In this document: in pieces, positions 61,806 to 64,000 of the stretch
How positions within the stretch are numbered: the stretch's first letter is position 1
How the letters are laid out: each line of letters opens with the position of its first letter
Origin: Amphiscolops sp. MND2022
Taxonomy: Eukaryota
Length of the DNA: 64,000 bases
Reading direction: 5' to 3'
NCBI GenBank assembly: GCA_964187785.1
Contig: OZ076415.1
Span: 48,980,001-49,044,000 of the forward strand
The notes under the pieces: model-generated
What the model saw: only the letters and a program-made list of their open reading frames with translations
What the model was told of the DNA's origin: nothing
The model's database searches: none
Translations under genes and position numbers: made by a program

Positions 61806-61952
61806 AAATTGCTTTTTTCAAACCTTGAGTTTTAATCGTCGGCAGTGAAAAGTTTTCGGCAGTATGTGACACGGTGTTTTCGAAAAAAAATCACATACTG
61901 TCGAAAACTTTTCACTGCCGACGATTAAAACTCAAGCTTAAAAAAGCAATTT
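61806..61952. repeat. Long hairpin (~63-bp arms, ~21-nt spacer) next to an AT-only tract (61715-61805)
   Basis: CTTGAGTTTTAATCGTCGGCAGTGAAAAGTTTTCGGCAGTATGTGA is inverted as TCACATACTGTCGAAAACTTTTCACTGCCGACGATTAAAACTCAAG. Confidence 0.9.
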
Positions 61953-63041
61953 TTACATGAAACCTCAAAAAAAAGAGAAAACAGCGAAGCTCCAGTAAAA
62001 ACAAAAAGCATTAAGTTGAAAGTAGCACAGTGCCGAAAAAACCGGTCTTTCCCATATAATTAAATACACTTATTGAGTAAACTTTCATAAGTACCACAGT
62101 ACTGAAAAACAATAACCAAAGAAGTCACTTTTAACCTTTGAAAACAATTTTCCTCAATGGAACCCTAACCAAAAATCAAAGTTTTCTGAAAAGCATTTTT
62201 CGCAAAAAGACTTGTCAATATAGAATCTTTCGGTAAGTCGCAGAGTGCCGAAAACCCTTAATGCGGATAGAAAATCTAAGGTGGGAACCTGGAATTGAAA
62301 AATAAGAAGCTGAACAGTGCCAAGAAACCCCTGAAGAGAGTTGGGCCCTTTAGACTTCCGTCTACCTCTGTCAGTATGAAAAATTTTCGTTCAAAATAAC
62401 GTCTAGTGCGAAACTCGAACCCACATATTTCTCTTCACATGCCTCGCTACCAGTCATAGAAATCAGCGTTAGCTGCTAGGCCTAGTTGAAAGTACTTTAC
62501 AACGACGCTTCTAGTAGTTATTGGCAAAAAGTGGTGGAAGAGAAGAATTTAAAAATTCCCTACATGAAACGTTTCGCGTTTCTGGTGTAAACTTTCCAAT
62601 GTATATGTGTTCAATTTTTGAAATAAAGTTCAAAGAAGAAAACAGATCATATTTTGTTGGTAAAAGGCATGAAAATTAAATCTTGAGGGCGATTTGTTGA
62701 CCAGAGTCGCGTAGGTTTTTATTTGAAGATACAAAAACGTATGTAACATAGGGTAGTAAAAAATCAGATGGAAAGGTTAGGAAAGTTTTCCAGGTTGAAA
62801 AACCATCAAAACTGTCAAGATTGGATCAGGAAAAATTGCGCAGGACTCCTTTGAATTGCTGGGAGACAATAGGCTTCGCTAGCTTCACCTGCTTGCTTAA
62901 TAGGTTCTTTAAATATTTGTTAAAACAGTATTAACAATGCTTGAAGATAAAATTCTTCAGTTATTTCAGATAAGGAGTCTCTCAAAAATCTGTCTCATTA
63001 GAAACCATCAAACACAAACATTTCGACACGAAATTTCTTCA

Positions 63042-63577
63042 CCCGTACTGACACTCCACTGCAAACCACCGGTGACCACCGGTGGAGGCAATTTTGGATA
63101 ATCAGTAACTATTTCCACCGGTGGTCAGCGGTGCTGCACCGGTTGTCACCGGTGAAAGTTTTTCCAAAAAAATGAATAGTGAATTATGTAAAATTATTGA
63201 AAATTATTGTTTCATATAGAATCCGAAGGTTATTTATATTATCAAAAATTTACTTCTGCACTCAAGAAGTTCTGCAGCAATTAAGACTATTTTGGCACCA
63301 CCTGTACGCGAGCCCCGATGTAGGCAATGCTGCAGAACAAATATAGCTAAGGCAAAACAAATTACAAAAGCCGATAGCGCAGACGTAAATGCTGGAGTGT
63401 CAACAAAATTAATACAGGTTCACGTCACGATTTTTGCAATATTTTGTATACTACATGAAATTTTTCCCCACCGGTGGCCACCACAAAATGTGTCATGGCC
63501 ACCGCGGAGGCCACCGGTGGGGCTGCGATGGAAAGTGCGGTGGCCAACGGTGGGTTGCCCTGGGTTGTCAGCACGGG
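63042..63577. mobile_element. 536-bp non-autonomous CMC/EnSpm-like element with CCACCGGTGG arms
   Basis: TIR CCCGT(A/G)CTGACA; 2-bp TSD CA/CA; palindromic ACCGGT motifs clustered in both arms. Confidence 0.75.
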
Positions 63578-64000
63578 CAAACTTTTTCTCAGAATTGAAA
63601 TTTCTATGTTTTTTTTACTCAGAGCGCACCAGTAAGAGCAAATGTGTGTCTTTCTGATAAAGACAATGCGGAGATATGCATGAGACATTTGCATCGGTAC
63701 TTTTCTGCATCCCGAGTAAGTTATTCAATCATTAGAAAGCCTAGAACATTCTCGAATATTTCTCATTATTCCTCAACATTTCAACATCATTTGTAGATTT
63801 TTTAGATGACAATAACTTAATTTAATGTATTCTGTATACTTCAAATTGCATTTTCTATCGCTCATTTTTTGGACAACGGTAGGTAACTAGCTAATGATTC
63901 AGTTTGAGTGACCTTAGAGTTAAAAATTTAAAGCGTTCAGAAATACTCAAGGAATGGTTATGTTTTATTTTCAAATCATGGAGCATTCGATGCGAATCTT

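Overview
Eukaryotic (animal-type), AT-rich, repeat-dense genomic DNA, not prokaryotic: it has GT-AG introns and eukaryotic transposons, and no CRISPR array or rRNA. About 1-26 kb is a graveyard of decayed elements: an unidentified, duplicated minus-strand ORF array (1-6 kb), an unidentified GC-richer block (6.3-8.6 kb), a dead BEL/Pao LTR element with a recent ~2.6-kb tandem duplication, CRE-type non-LTR fragments, a Ty3/gypsy remnant carrying a 346-bp fold-back, and a near full-length dead Ty1/copia. About 27.4-32.7 kb is a nested stack of MITEs with verifiable 8-9 bp target-site duplications (TSDs); their arms differ but they share two GC-rich central cassettes. Recognisable host genes are intronless eIF3k and RCC1 in tandem, an intronless linker-histone H1/protamine-like gene, 5-exon CFAP299 (minus strand), and an unidentified multi-exon Lys/Glu-rich coiled-coil gene (55.4-60.9 kb). 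hAT, CMC-like and other non-autonomous elements are scattered through the rest. The GGGGACCC-type repeat style reminds me of the acoel Symsagittifera, but that is unverified recollection. All protein calls come from reading motifs by eye; no searches were run. I found no clearly novel, intact system. The best candidates for a second look are the unidentified ORF array and the cassette-sharing MITE cluster.
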